Of a stretch of DNA of 44,141 bases, positions 1 to 8,432 are shown one piece after another (position 1 is the first letter of the stretch; the number at the start of each line of letters is the position of its first letter). The notes beneath the pieces were generated by a model, which worked only from the letters and a program-made list of their open reading frames with translations, was not told the DNA's origin and did no database searches. Both the position numbers and the translations under genes were made by a program. The DNA is from a virus (taxonomy: Duplodnaviria; Caudoviricetes). Location: positions 1 through 44,141 of IMG/VR virus record IMGVR_UViG_3300025888_000003. The stretch is one strand, 5' to 3'.

Positions 1-127
1 AGGGGTAGGTTGCTGGACATTTGGTTTATCGTGGATTGAACCTAAGGCTATCATGGTAAATATTGGTCCTATAATGATACTTATTAACGGCTATTTTCAT
101 GAACACTAAAGACTTAAAAATATTATC
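1..127. repeat. Terminal direct repeat, left copy (identical to 44015-44141); circular assembly overlap
   Basis: aggggtaggttgctggacat...aaaatattatc occurs at both ends; 127 nt is a common assembler k-mer length. Confidence 0.97.
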
Positions 128-1583
128 AGAGTGGTCAGCAAAATGTAAGAATGATCCGTTAAAATTTGTCATTGAAGGCTTCGATTGGGGCCGTGGTGAG
201 CTGGAAAAGTTTGATGGACCTGATACTTGGCAGATTGGAATATTAAAAAATATACGTGATGGTCTGCTTAAAGTTGATGAAGCTATTAGGTTAGCGGTTG
301 CCAGTGGTCATGGTATAGGAAAGAGCGCGCTTGTGGCATGGATTGTGCTTTGGGCTATATCCACAGTTGTTGATACTAAAGGTGTAGTAACTGCCAATAC
401 AGAAAACCAGTTGAGACTTAAAACGTGGGCAGAACTTGCTAAGTGGCATCGGCTTGTTATTACTAAGGAGTTATTTACTTGCGCCGCTACAGCAATATAC
501 TCGACTGATGATAAGCACGAACGCACGTGGCGAATTGATATGGTACCGTGGTCACTGAATAATACGGAAGCATTCGCAGGGTTACATAACCAAGGTAAGA
601 GATTATTGCTTATATTCGATGAAGCGTCAGCGATACCTAATTTAATATGGGAAGTATCAGAGGGAGCCTTGACTGATTCCGATACGCAAATAATGTGGTT
701 GGCATTTGGTAACCCTACTAGAAATACAGGAAGATTCAAGGATTGCTTCGGCAGGTATCGTAAGCGGTGGTTAACTAAAAATATTGATAGTCGAACAGCA
801 AAAATGGTTAATAACAAGCAGGTTAACGAATGGGTTGAGGATTATGGTGAAGATAGCGACTTCGTCAAGGTTCGTGTGCGGGGAATGTTCCCTAGTTCAT
901 CAGCCAAGCAATTTATATCTGTTGAAAATGTTGATGGGGCATACGGTAGGATATTACGAGAAGAACAATATAAATTTGCTCCGGTAATAATAACGTGTGA
1001 TCCAGCTGCAGAAGGCGACGACGATTTGGTTATTAGTAAGCGGCAAGGATTATCGTTTAATATATTGCGGGTGTTACCTAAAAACGACAACGATTTTGAA
1101 GTTGGTGCCATACTTGCTAGATACGAAGACCAATATCGTGCCGCCGCTGTTAATATTGACGGAGGATTTGGTACTGGGATTGTTAGTTATGGCAGAACAT
1201 TGGGTCGTAGTTGGAATTTAATTTGGTTTAACGGTAAACCTCCTGAACCATCCTGCATAAATATGCGCGCTTACATGTGGAAATGTGCAAGGGATTGGTT
1301 AAAACAAGGGGGAGCCATAGAAAAGGATCAAGAATTATATGATGATTTGATTGGTCCTGAAACGGTAGCTAGACTGGATGGTAAAATACAACTTGAATCC
1401 AAGTCAGATATGAAAAAGCGTGGATTACCGTCACCGAATAAAGGTGATACATTGGCATTATCATTTGCGGTACCAATTATAGAAACGAATGATAATAGTC
1501 CGTCAGATAGACTTAAATTTTCTCATGCAGGTGGTAGCCGATTATTTGCAAAAACAAGACGTAATCCATTGTCAAGGAGGTAG
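99..1583 (+). CDS. terL: Terminase large subunit
   Basis: Walker A SGHGIGKS, Walker B LLIFDEAS, GNPT coupling motif, C-terminal RNase H-like nuclease (CDPA..GDD, SPNKGDTLAL). Confidence 0.95.
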   Translation: MNTKDLKILSEWSAKCKNDPLKFVIEGFDWGRGELEKFDGPDTWQIGILKNIRDGLLKVDEAIRLAVASGHGIGKSALVAWIVLWAISTVVDTKGVVTANTENQLRLKTWAELAKWHRLVITKELFTCAATAIYSTDDKHERTWRIDMVPWSLNNTEAFAGLHNQGKRLLLIFDEASAIPNLIWEVSEGALTDSDTQIMWLAFGNPTRNTGRFKDCFGRYRKRWLTKNIDSRTAKMVNNKQVNEWVEDYGEDSDFVKVRVRGMFPSSSAKQFISVENVDGAYGRILREEQYKFAPVIITCDPAAEGDDDLVISKRQGLSFNILRVLPKNDNDFEVGAILARYEDQYRAAAVNIDGGFGTGIVSYGRTLGRSWNLIWFNGKPPEPSCINMRAYMWKCARDWLKQGGAIEKDQELYDDLIGPETVARLDGKIQLESKSDMKKRGLPSPNKGDTLALSFAVPIIETNDNSPSDRLKFSHAGGSRLFAKTRRNPLSRR

Positions 1584-1588
1584 TTAAT

Positions 1589-1864
1589 TTGTGTGGTCCA
1601 GAAGCGACATTAATGAGTTGGATATCAGGAATTGGAACAGCGGCTACAACAGCAAGTGCGCTAACTAGTAGTACTCCTACAACAGCTACTGTATCGTCTC
1701 CAGCAACAAGTGTGTCGACTACGAATAGTGATGCTATGAACGCGTCAAATGATGCTAAGAAAAAGGCGGCACTTGCACAAGGAGCACAGTCAACAATAAA
1801 TACGTCGTCACAAGGTGACGTGTCAGCAGCGACAACAGCGAAGAAATCGTTGCTGGGAGGATAA
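1589..1864 (+). CDS. Small virion/ejection protein (T7 gp6.7/gp7.3-like position)
   Basis: TTG start after AGGAGG; MCGP N-terminus, Ser/Thr/Ala-rich, ends KKSLLGG; lies between terL and portal. Confidence 0.7.
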   Translation: MCGPEATLMSWISGIGTAATTASALTSSTPTTATVSSPATSVSTTNSDAMNASNDAKKKAALAQGAQSTINTSSQGDVSAATTAKKSLLGG

Positions 1865-1865
1865 T

Positions 1866-3533
1866 ATGGATGAAGTTAGGGAATTAGATTATATTAACCG
1901 ACAATTTAAATCGCTATTCGACGACTTCGAATTTTGGAAACCACTATTTATGGATGTAAGAGATTTTATTAATCCTTATATTGGATATTTTGATGGTGAA
2001 ACTCCAAACGATGGCAGACGCAGAGACGAAGAAATGCTACGAACCATGCCAATTAAGTATAGCCATATATTGGCTGCCGGGTTGCAGTGGGGAATAACAA
2101 GTCCAACTAGGCCGTGGGTTAAGTTTGCGTTTCAAGATGCGCAATTAATGCAAAACGCGGATGTGTTAAATTGGCTTGAAGCGGTAAAAAACATTGTTCT
2201 TGATGTATTATTTAAAGGTGGATATTATCCAGAAAATCATAAATTTTATTTAGAGTTAGGTTGTTTTTGTACAGCGGCAATGTTGATTGAAGAAGACGAC
2301 GAAAATGTAATTAACTGCCGAACATTTACGATGGGCGAATACGCTATTGGAGTGGACAGTAAACGTAATCCAAACCAATTTGCTAGAACGATACAAATGA
2401 CACCATTTCAAATAGTGGAAAAATTCGGGTTAGAAAACGTTCCTGATAATGTAAAACGATTATATAACGATAAAAATTATAATAAGTTTATGAAAGTAAA
2501 GCATTTAATCTGCCCTAATAAAGACGAAGATCCAAATAAAATTGACCAAGAATCCATGAAATTTACAGACTATTACTGGATGGAAGGACAAAAAGACGGT
2601 CAGTATTTAAAGAAAGGTGGATTCAATGATTTTCCTGTAATGATTGAAAGGTATCAAACAAAGGGAGCCGACACCTACGGTACTGGACCTGGTATATGGT
2701 CACTAGGTGACGCTAAACAGATTCAATTGATGTGGCGTACAATCTGTACAGCAGCAGAACTTGAAGTAATGCCGCCTACGCAGGGCCCTTCTGACGCAAT
2801 GAAGAATGGCGGTATTAACTTGTACCCGGCAGGGGCTAATTATTATAATCCCGGCAGCGGTACTGATATGGGTATTAAACCAATATTTGACGTTAAGTTA
2901 AATATGGCTGACGCGGTAACTGTACAGCAGTCGATTGAAGAATGTATTAAGGAACACTTTAACACGAAAGTATTTCAGTTATTGTCTGATATGGAAAAAG
3001 GAACTCGAACCGCCCGCGAAGTAATTGAATTATCGGCTGAAAAAATGAGCCAGATGGGTCCACTGCTGGAAAGACTCCAGACCGGGTACCTCCCGCAAGT
3101 TGTCGAACGTGTGCTGGGAATTGGATTCAGGGCAAATATATTCCCGCCGCCGCCGCAAATTATACAGGGAATGGTTATGGATATTGAGTTCGTATCGGTA
3201 TTGGCGCAGGCACAGAAGCAATACGGAATAACGCCAATTATGGACACAGTTAATGCGATTATCAACATGGCAGCAACGACACAACAGACTAGTATACTGG
3301 ATAAAATTAATTTTGATGAAGTATCTGACCAGATTGGCGGGTTAAATGGGGTACCACCGTCGATCATAAATTCAGACGATGTTGTAGCGCAAGTGAGACA
3401 GCAGCGGCAGCAGCAAGAGCAACAACAGCAAATGGCACAGAACGCCATGACGGCAGCGCAGGGAGCCAAGACACTGGCGGGTGCTGATATGGAAGGTAAT
3501 AACGCGCTGACAAAACTGGTAGGTGGACAATGA
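1866..3533 (+). CDS. Portal (head-tail connector), podovirus type
   Basis: ATG 1866 after GGAGG (ORF track start 1815 is too long); LAAGLQWGITSPTRPW, YGTGPG, RTAREV, GPLLERLQ motifs and Q-rich C-terminus. Confidence 0.93.
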   Translation: MDEVRELDYINRQFKSLFDDFEFWKPLFMDVRDFINPYIGYFDGETPNDGRRRDEEMLRTMPIKYSHILAAGLQWGITSPTRPWVKFAFQDAQLMQNADVLNWLEAVKNIVLDVLFKGGYYPENHKFYLELGCFCTAAMLIEEDDENVINCRTFTMGEYAIGVDSKRNPNQFARTIQMTPFQIVEKFGLENVPDNVKRLYNDKNYNKFMKVKHLICPNKDEDPNKIDQESMKFTDYYWMEGQKDGQYLKKGGFNDFPVMIERYQTKGADTYGTGPGIWSLGDAKQIQLMWRTICTAAELEVMPPTQGPSDAMKNGGINLYPAGANYYNPGSGTDMGIKPIFDVKLNMADAVTVQQSIEECIKEHFNTKVFQLLSDMEKGTRTAREVIELSAEKMSQMGPLLERLQTGYLPQVVERVLGIGFRANIFPPPPQIIQGMVMDIEFVSVLAQAQKQYGITPIMDTVNAIINMAATTQQTSILDKINFDEVSDQIGGLNGVPPSIINSDDVVAQVRQQRQQQEQQQQMAQNAMTAAQGAKTLAGADMEGNNALTKLVGGQ

Positions 3534-3856
3534 AACAGATTGTACCATTTAAAACATTAATACAGGAAGAATTAGACAAAAAGTTTTTGCTCGATTTAGC
3601 CGCCATGATGAAAACGGAACAAGGTCGCAGAATTTATAGTTGGATATTACAAAAATGTGGCGTTAAAGACATTGGAATTAAAGGGAATAGTCAAGATTTT
3701 TATTTATCTGGTAGAAAATCAGTTGCTATGGAATTAAGCGCGGCCTGTGATGCCATTGGCATGCTGGGAGTTGATTTAAGGCAAGCGGCAGAAAAAGAAT
3801 ATTTGCTGTTACAAATGTCCATAGGAGAAGACATTAAAAAGAAGGGGGTTGAATAA
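3530..3856 (+). CDS. Bbp19-like conserved protein downstream of portal
   Basis: MKTEQGRRIYSWILQKCG...FYLSGRKSVA motif and position. Confidence 0.75.
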   Translation: MKQIVPFKTLIQEELDKKFLLDLAAMMKTEQGRRIYSWILQKCGVKDIGIKGNSQDFYLSGRKSVAMELSAACDAIGMLGVDLRQAAEKEYLLLQMSIGEDIKKKGVE

Positions 3857-4452
3857 TGAGTACCGCACACGGCAATATATCAAATTCATTCAAAAATATT
3901 AAACAGGGTATTAGCGCAGCGGTAACAATGGATTCGTTTAGAGTTGCTGCTATAGACGGTAATGCATTTGAAGTTGTGTTTACCGATATAACGGGAATCG
4001 TTTCAGGCGTATCATATTATTATTACATTGCTAACACCAGCACCGATACCGATGTTTGGTTAAGGCCAATAAAGTTTGATGAAGGGCCGTTTCTTGTACA
4101 GATTGTTAAAAGTGGGTTATTTGCTGTTGGTGGTACCACATATAATCCTAGCGATTATACGGTTTCGCCTACGTACGATGCTATTAAATTACCAAGTAGG
4201 AATTTAAATACTTCCTCTACTAATTTACCTGTGTTACAAGCATGGTTTCAAAATGCGCTAGGAGCTATAACGTGGACCGATACGGACGCTAACAAACTAT
4301 TAAAAACTGTTTGGAGTGAAGCCATTAAGCCGAAGGATAATACAGAAGTTATGAGCATTATTAAACCGGGTGATGCGTTCATGTGCATATTTACAAATTT
4401 TGGAAACATGAAACATCCCTATGGTATTAATGTTTCGTGGTCGGAGGTGTAG
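3856..4452 (+). CDS. Hypothetical beta-rich protein, possibly virion-associated
   Basis: 198 aa, TAATG coupling, SD GGGGG; no recognised family. Confidence 0.7.
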   Translation: MSTAHGNISNSFKNIKQGISAAVTMDSFRVAAIDGNAFEVVFTDITGIVSGVSYYYYIANTSTDTDVWLRPIKFDEGPFLVQIVKSGLFAVGGTTYNPSDYTVSPTYDAIKLPSRNLNTSSTNLPVLQAWFQNALGAITWTDTDANKLLKTVWSEAIKPKDNTEVMSIIKPGDAFMCIFTNFGNMKHPYGINVSWSEV

Positions 4453-4455
4453 TAA

Positions 4456-4827
4456 ATGAGTGTTCCTAAAATGTCAAAGTGCATTAATTTTGATGGAATA
4501 TTATCGGTAGTACAATCCGGTTCTGCAAATACCAACAATGTAATAACTCTTTCAGCAAGTGTGGGGGCGAGATATAGAATTTATGGATATAATTGTTTGA
4601 TAACCGGAGCAGCTAGTGCGAATGCAGCGGTTCTAACGCTTGCTATTGGGTCTACTACTAAATTTATGGATGGTATTCCGGTTGGTGCAGCGATTGGATA
4701 TTCACAATCAAAGTTTTTCCCTTGTCCTATTGAATCAAGTGCAATAAATACAGCGGTAACATTTACTATAACTGCTGCCGGGGCGGGTACAACAACAAGT
4801 GTTAGCTTACTTTATGATTTAGTATAG
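4456..4827 (+). CDS. Hypothetical Ala/Thr/Gly-rich beta protein, possible decoration protein
   Basis: 123 aa after GGAGGTG SD; composition typical of virion beta-sandwich proteins. Confidence 0.65.
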   Translation: MSVPKMSKCINFDGILSVVQSGSANTNNVITLSASVGARYRIYGYNCLITGAASANAAVLTLAIGSTTKFMDGIPVGAAIGYSQSKFFPCPIESSAINTAVTFTITAAGAGTTTSVSLLYDLV

Positions 4828-4839
4828 GAGGTGATAGCT

Positions 4840-4872
4840 GTGCAGAGCAAGAAAAAGGGTTGCGGTAAATAG
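4840..4872 (+). CDS. 10-aa basic micro-ORF MQSKKKGCGK
   Basis: Consensus SD AGGAGGTGA followed by GTG at normal spacing. Confidence 0.45.
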   Translation: MQSKKKGCGK

Positions 4873-4888
4873 AAAGGAGGTGATCGGC

Positions 4889-4909
4889 GTGGGAAACTAC
4901 GTCGATTAA
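4889..4909 (+). CDS. 6-aa micro-ORF MGNYVD (possible leader of 4913 gene)
   Basis: Consensus SD AAAGGAGGTGATC then GTG; in frame with ATG 4913. Confidence 0.35.
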   Translation: MGNYVD

Positions 4910-4912
4910 TAC

Positions 4913-5137
4913 ATGGCGACATATTACATTGAAATTGATTTATCAAGTGGGCAAGTACTTGAACATTGCGGAGTATCAAAAGAAATTGTAAATAATTTAA
5001 AAATAGCATTTAATCATAATAGTAAAGAAGTTTTTACTGTTGTTGATTGCGAAGGTGAAAGTAGTTTTAGAATTAATGATGTTACAGCAATATGTATAAA
5101 CGAAGAAAAAGAAAAACTGGCAAGCGGATTAACTTAA
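4913..5137 (+). CDS. Hypothetical protein (74 aa)
   Basis: ORF in operon orientation; no SD of its own close to the ATG. Confidence 0.6.
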   Translation: MATYYIEIDLSSGQVLEHCGVSKEIVNNLKIAFNHNSKEVFTVVDCEGESSFRINDVTAICINEEKEKLASGLT

Positions 5138-5155
5138 TATTTGGGAGTTGATTAA

Positions 5156-5287
5156 ATGAAAGCACATCCCGGTTTCGATGCAGTTAAAAATAAAATAACT
5201 GCTGAATACCGTAAAAAAGGTATGGATAAAGACAAAGCACATGACATAGCCGAAGCAACAGCTAATAAAATGAAGAAAGGTAAGTGA
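5156..5287 (+). CDS. Small basic protein (43 aa, MKAHPGFDAVKNKITAEY...), below ORF-track cutoff
   Basis: GGGAG SD, ATG 5156, TGA 5285-5287; fills the gap before the scaffold gene. Confidence 0.7.
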   Translation: MKAHPGFDAVKNKITAEYRKKGMDKDKAHDIAEATANKMKKGK

Positions 5288-5292
5288 TTTTA

Positions 5293-5853
5293 GTGGATGA
5301 AGTAACGCCAGTTGCCACACAGGATAACACCGAAGTGGTACCAGAGGTAACTCCAGAAGTTACACCGGAAGCAAAGACACCAGAACCTGTAAAGGAACCA
5401 GAACCAGTAGATTCAGCAGCGGCGCCAGAACCTGTTGATTATAATGACTTAACAGTACCTGAAAATTTTTCTGCGCCTATGGACGAATTTAAATCATGGG
5501 CAAAGGATAACAACTTATCCAAAGATACGGCGCAATCAGCTGTTGACTTTTATACACAAGTAGTTGTACCGCAGCAAGAAACAGCTTATAAGGAACAAAT
5601 TGCTGAATGGACAAATGAAAGCATGACTAAACACGGTAAAAAAGGTATTGAAACAGCTAATAAAGCGTTATCGCGGTTCTCTACCCCTGAATTTGTTAAG
5701 TTTTTAGATGAAACTGGAATGGGTAATCATCCTGATATGATCGGTATATTTAAAAATATCGGCAATAAAATATCAGAATCCGGTTGGATTGATGGATCAT
5801 CCAAGCCTGCAAATGGTCCAAATTACTACCCCGGATTACCGGGTAAAAAATAA
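5293..5853 (+). CDS. Capsid scaffold/assembly protein
   Basis: Acidic Pro/Glu-rich N-terminus, LDETGMGNHPDMI...IGNKISE motif, directly upstream of MCP; GTG start uncertain. Confidence 0.8.
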   Translation: MDEVTPVATQDNTEVVPEVTPEVTPEAKTPEPVKEPEPVDSAAAPEPVDYNDLTVPENFSAPMDEFKSWAKDNNLSKDTAQSAVDFYTQVVVPQQETAYKEQIAEWTNESMTKHGKKGIETANKALSRFSTPEFVKFLDETGMGNHPDMIGIFKNIGNKISESGWIDGSSKPANGPNYYPGLPGKK

Positions 5854-5869
5854 ACAAGGAGTTGATTAA

Positions 5870-6877
5870 ATGGCTACGTTAAATTCTTCGGTTGTATCAT
5901 GGTCAGACTTAAAAAATGCCATGAATCCAGACGGATCAGCCGCAAAAATTATCCCTATTCTTGAATTGTCTTGCCCATTTGTAAAATCAGCAACGGTTAT
6001 CGAGGGCAGTATGAACAATGGTAATCAAACAGTTTTACAAGCAACAAAAGGTACTGCTGCAAAGCGTACTTATAACACTGGTGTTCCTAAAAGTAAAAAA
6101 ACGGATATCCCCGTTGTTGATCTTGCCTGCATGTATGAAGCAAATGTTGAAGTTGATTTACGGTTGCTGGAAAAATACCCGAATCAAGAGCAGTACATGA
6201 CTGGTCAAGAAAATGCCGCCGTTGCTGCCATGACAGAAGATTTTGAAAATGATGCGTTTTACGGTGACCAGAAATCGTCAATTTTATCCATTGACGGTCT
6301 GGCTACACGGTATAATTCATTAAGTACTGTTAAAACGAATAAAGGTTATCAAGTTATTAATTCTGGCGGGTCAACAAATCTGTCGTCTTTGTACCTTGTT
6401 GGATGGGGTGCTGGTGGATTCAATATGTTCTACCCGTTGGGCAGTCAAGCGGGAATTGACCGTATTGTTAATCCGAATCAACGTGTTACTGATGGTAACG
6501 GATATCCTTATTATGCTTATTGCGTAAACACCAACTGGCAGGTAGGATTAACTGTTGAAAATTATCGTATGGGCGGTCGTATTGCAAACATTGACACGAC
6601 GGCACTAGCTAGTTATGGAACCGGAACAGACACCTCCCCTGATTTGTTTGCAAGCGTATTCACGCTTAAAAACAGATTGCAGTATAAATCCGGTTATCGC
6701 TTTGCGTGGTATTGTGATGAACTAGTTTATACGGTTCTCGAACGTATGAACAAAGACAAGTTCAATGTTATGCTAAATTGGGCAGAACAGATGGGCGCGC
6801 CACCTGAATTAACGCTTAACGGATGGCCTGTGTACTTGTCTGATAAGATTAAAAATACCGAAACGGTAGTATCCTAG
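5870..6877 (+). CDS. Major capsid protein (BPP-1 Bbp17-like)
   Basis: 335 aa; RTYNTGVPKSK, FYGD, DGLATRY, SSLYLVGWG, FYPLGSQAG, RIANID motifs; position. Confidence 0.9.
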   Translation: MATLNSSVVSWSDLKNAMNPDGSAAKIIPILELSCPFVKSATVIEGSMNNGNQTVLQATKGTAAKRTYNTGVPKSKKTDIPVVDLACMYEANVEVDLRLLEKYPNQEQYMTGQENAAVAAMTEDFENDAFYGDQKSSILSIDGLATRYNSLSTVKTNKGYQVINSGGSTNLSSLYLVGWGAGGFNMFYPLGSQAGIDRIVNPNQRVTDGNGYPYYAYCVNTNWQVGLTVENYRMGGRIANIDTTALASYGTGTDTSPDLFASVFTLKNRLQYKSGYRFAWYCDELVYTVLERMNKDKFNVMLNWAEQMGAPPELTLNGWPVYLSDKIKNTETVVS

Positions 6878-6889
6878 GAGGGATGATAA

Positions 6890-7315
6890 ATGGCTATTCT
6901 TGATAGCGAGTTAATTATGGCTTTAGCGCAAGCGGACACTACGGTTGCTAGTCACGATGCTACGGCACCGGATGGCAGAATTGGAATCGACTTTGGTCGC
7001 GCTGGTGCGGGATATAATAAGAAAGTTTTTGCTACGATCAATACTTTATTTGCATCAAGTGGATCAGCAACAGACACCTTTGCTGTGGTAACCGATGATA
7101 ACGCATCGTTTACAAGCCCTACAACGTTGTTTACTACTAATGCGTTGGTATTTTCTAACCTTGTTGCTGGTCATAAGATTTTTGAATATACACTGCCGGC
7201 AGAAGTAGAACGGTTTATCAAGGTTACTCATACGGTTGGAACCGCTGCGTTAACAGGCGGGGCTTGGAATTGTTGGGTCGATGATGTTCAGCAAACAAAT
7301 ATGACCATCATGTAG
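6890..7315 (+). CDS. Capsid cement/decoration protein (Bbp16-like)
   Basis: MAILDSEL start, TDDNASFTSPTTL, L.AG, ERFIK motifs immediately after MCP. Confidence 0.75.
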   Translation: MAILDSELIMALAQADTTVASHDATAPDGRIGIDFGRAGAGYNKKVFATINTLFASSGSATDTFAVVTDDNASFTSPTTLFTTNALVFSNLVAGHKIFEYTLPAEVERFIKVTHTVGTAALTGGAWNCWVDDVQQTNMTIM

Positions 7316-7326
7316 GAGGTTAAACC

Positions 7327-7773
7327 ATGGGACTTAAAACAGGTTCATCTTTACGTTCCGTAATAAAATATTTACAAACGCTAGTTAGTGCTACAGTTAC
7401 GCTTACTGGGACGCAAACATTAACAAACAAAACAATTACTTCCAGCACTGCTTCTCTTACACAAGTTATTTCTACTTATGCGGCAGATGGAGCAATTGCT
7501 ATTGTACCGGGGATCGCAGATATTGCGAAGACTTCCGCTGCGGCAATGACAATCGCAGCACCTACAGCAGGGCAAAACGGCGTAGAAATTATTATTGTTA
7601 ATTCTACTGCCTTTGCCCATACTGTTACATTTACAGGAGCTACCCTTAACAATGGTACAAGTTCTGCAAAAACAACGTTAACATTCCCTACATACGTCGG
7701 CGGTTCTGCTTATATAGTTGCTGATAACGGAAAATGGTATTTAAATGGGCTAGTGAGTGCAACAGTAGCTTAA
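7327..7773 (+). CDS. Putative head fibre/decoration protein
   Basis: TLTGTQTLTNKT fibre motif, Thr/Ala-rich, last gene before the head-operon terminator. Confidence 0.6.
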   Translation: MGLKTGSSLRSVIKYLQTLVSATVTLTGTQTLTNKTITSSTASLTQVISTYAADGAIAIVPGIADIAKTSAAAMTIAAPTAGQNGVEIIIVNSTAFAHTVTFTGATLNNGTSSAKTTLTFPTYVGGSAYIVADNGKWYLNGLVSATVA

Positions 7774-7777
7774 TATG

Positions 7778-7806
7778 AGGGCGGCTAATTGTCGCCCTAT
7801 TTTTTT
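7778..7806 (+). terminator. Rho-independent terminator after capsid genes
   Basis: AGGGCGGC-taatt-GTCGCCCT followed by a T run. Confidence 0.85.
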
Positions 7807-7823
7807 ATAAGGGAGCGATAACT

Positions 7824-8432
7824 ATGTCGATATCCGAAACTTCTATTTGCAATTTAGCTTTGTCGCGGTTCGGTGGCGGTAAAATAACATCCCTAGATGA
7901 TGATACAACAGAAACAGCAAGATTATTAAACCTTAACTATGACAATTGCCTGGAAACTGTTTTGCGAGAATTTCCGTGGAACTTTGCCAGAAAAATAGAT
8001 ATATTAGCCTTAACCAGTAACAAAACTCCCGGTTATAATTATGTTTATGCTTATCCTTCGGGTTGTATGAACTTGCTACGTATTTATACTGCTGGTAATG
8101 CACGGCTACAATGCAAAGTTGAATTTAAAATAATTACAGATGGTGACGAAAAGTTTATTGCTTGTGATATCGAAGGAGCCTGCGGAGAATATACATTTAA
8201 AGTAATTACGCCTAATGTGTACGACTCGTTATTTGTGAAGGCGTTTAGTTATCAACTGGCGGCAGAAATATGTAACGCCAAAACAGGAAATGCTCAAAAA
8301 ACGCAAGAAATGTTACAGAAATATCAATTGTCTCTTGGAGAAGCACAACTTGCGGGAGCTATTGAAAACTGTTCTAAAATAGAATATCCAAGTTCATTTT
8401 TGAATAGTCGCGGATCAAGGGGGATGCGCTAA
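7824..8432 (+). CDS. Tail adaptor (tail tubular protein A-like)
   Basis: ICNLALSRFG, VLREFPWNFA, Y.YPSGC, FVKAFSYQLAAEI motifs. Confidence 0.88.
   Translation: MSISETSICNLALSRFGGGKITSLDDDTTETARLLNLNYDNCLETVLREFPWNFARKIDILALTSNKTPGYNYVYAYPSGCMNLLRIYTAGNARLQCKVEFKIITDGDEKFIACDIEGACGEYTFKVITPNVYDSLFVKAFSYQLAAEICNAKTGNAQKTQEMLQKYQLSLGEAQLAGAIENCSKIEYPSSFLNSRGSRGMR

Noticed and set aside
1-127. Biological direct terminal repeat
   Set aside because: Length equals a common k-mer and it cuts through coding sequence, so it is most likely an assembly overlap
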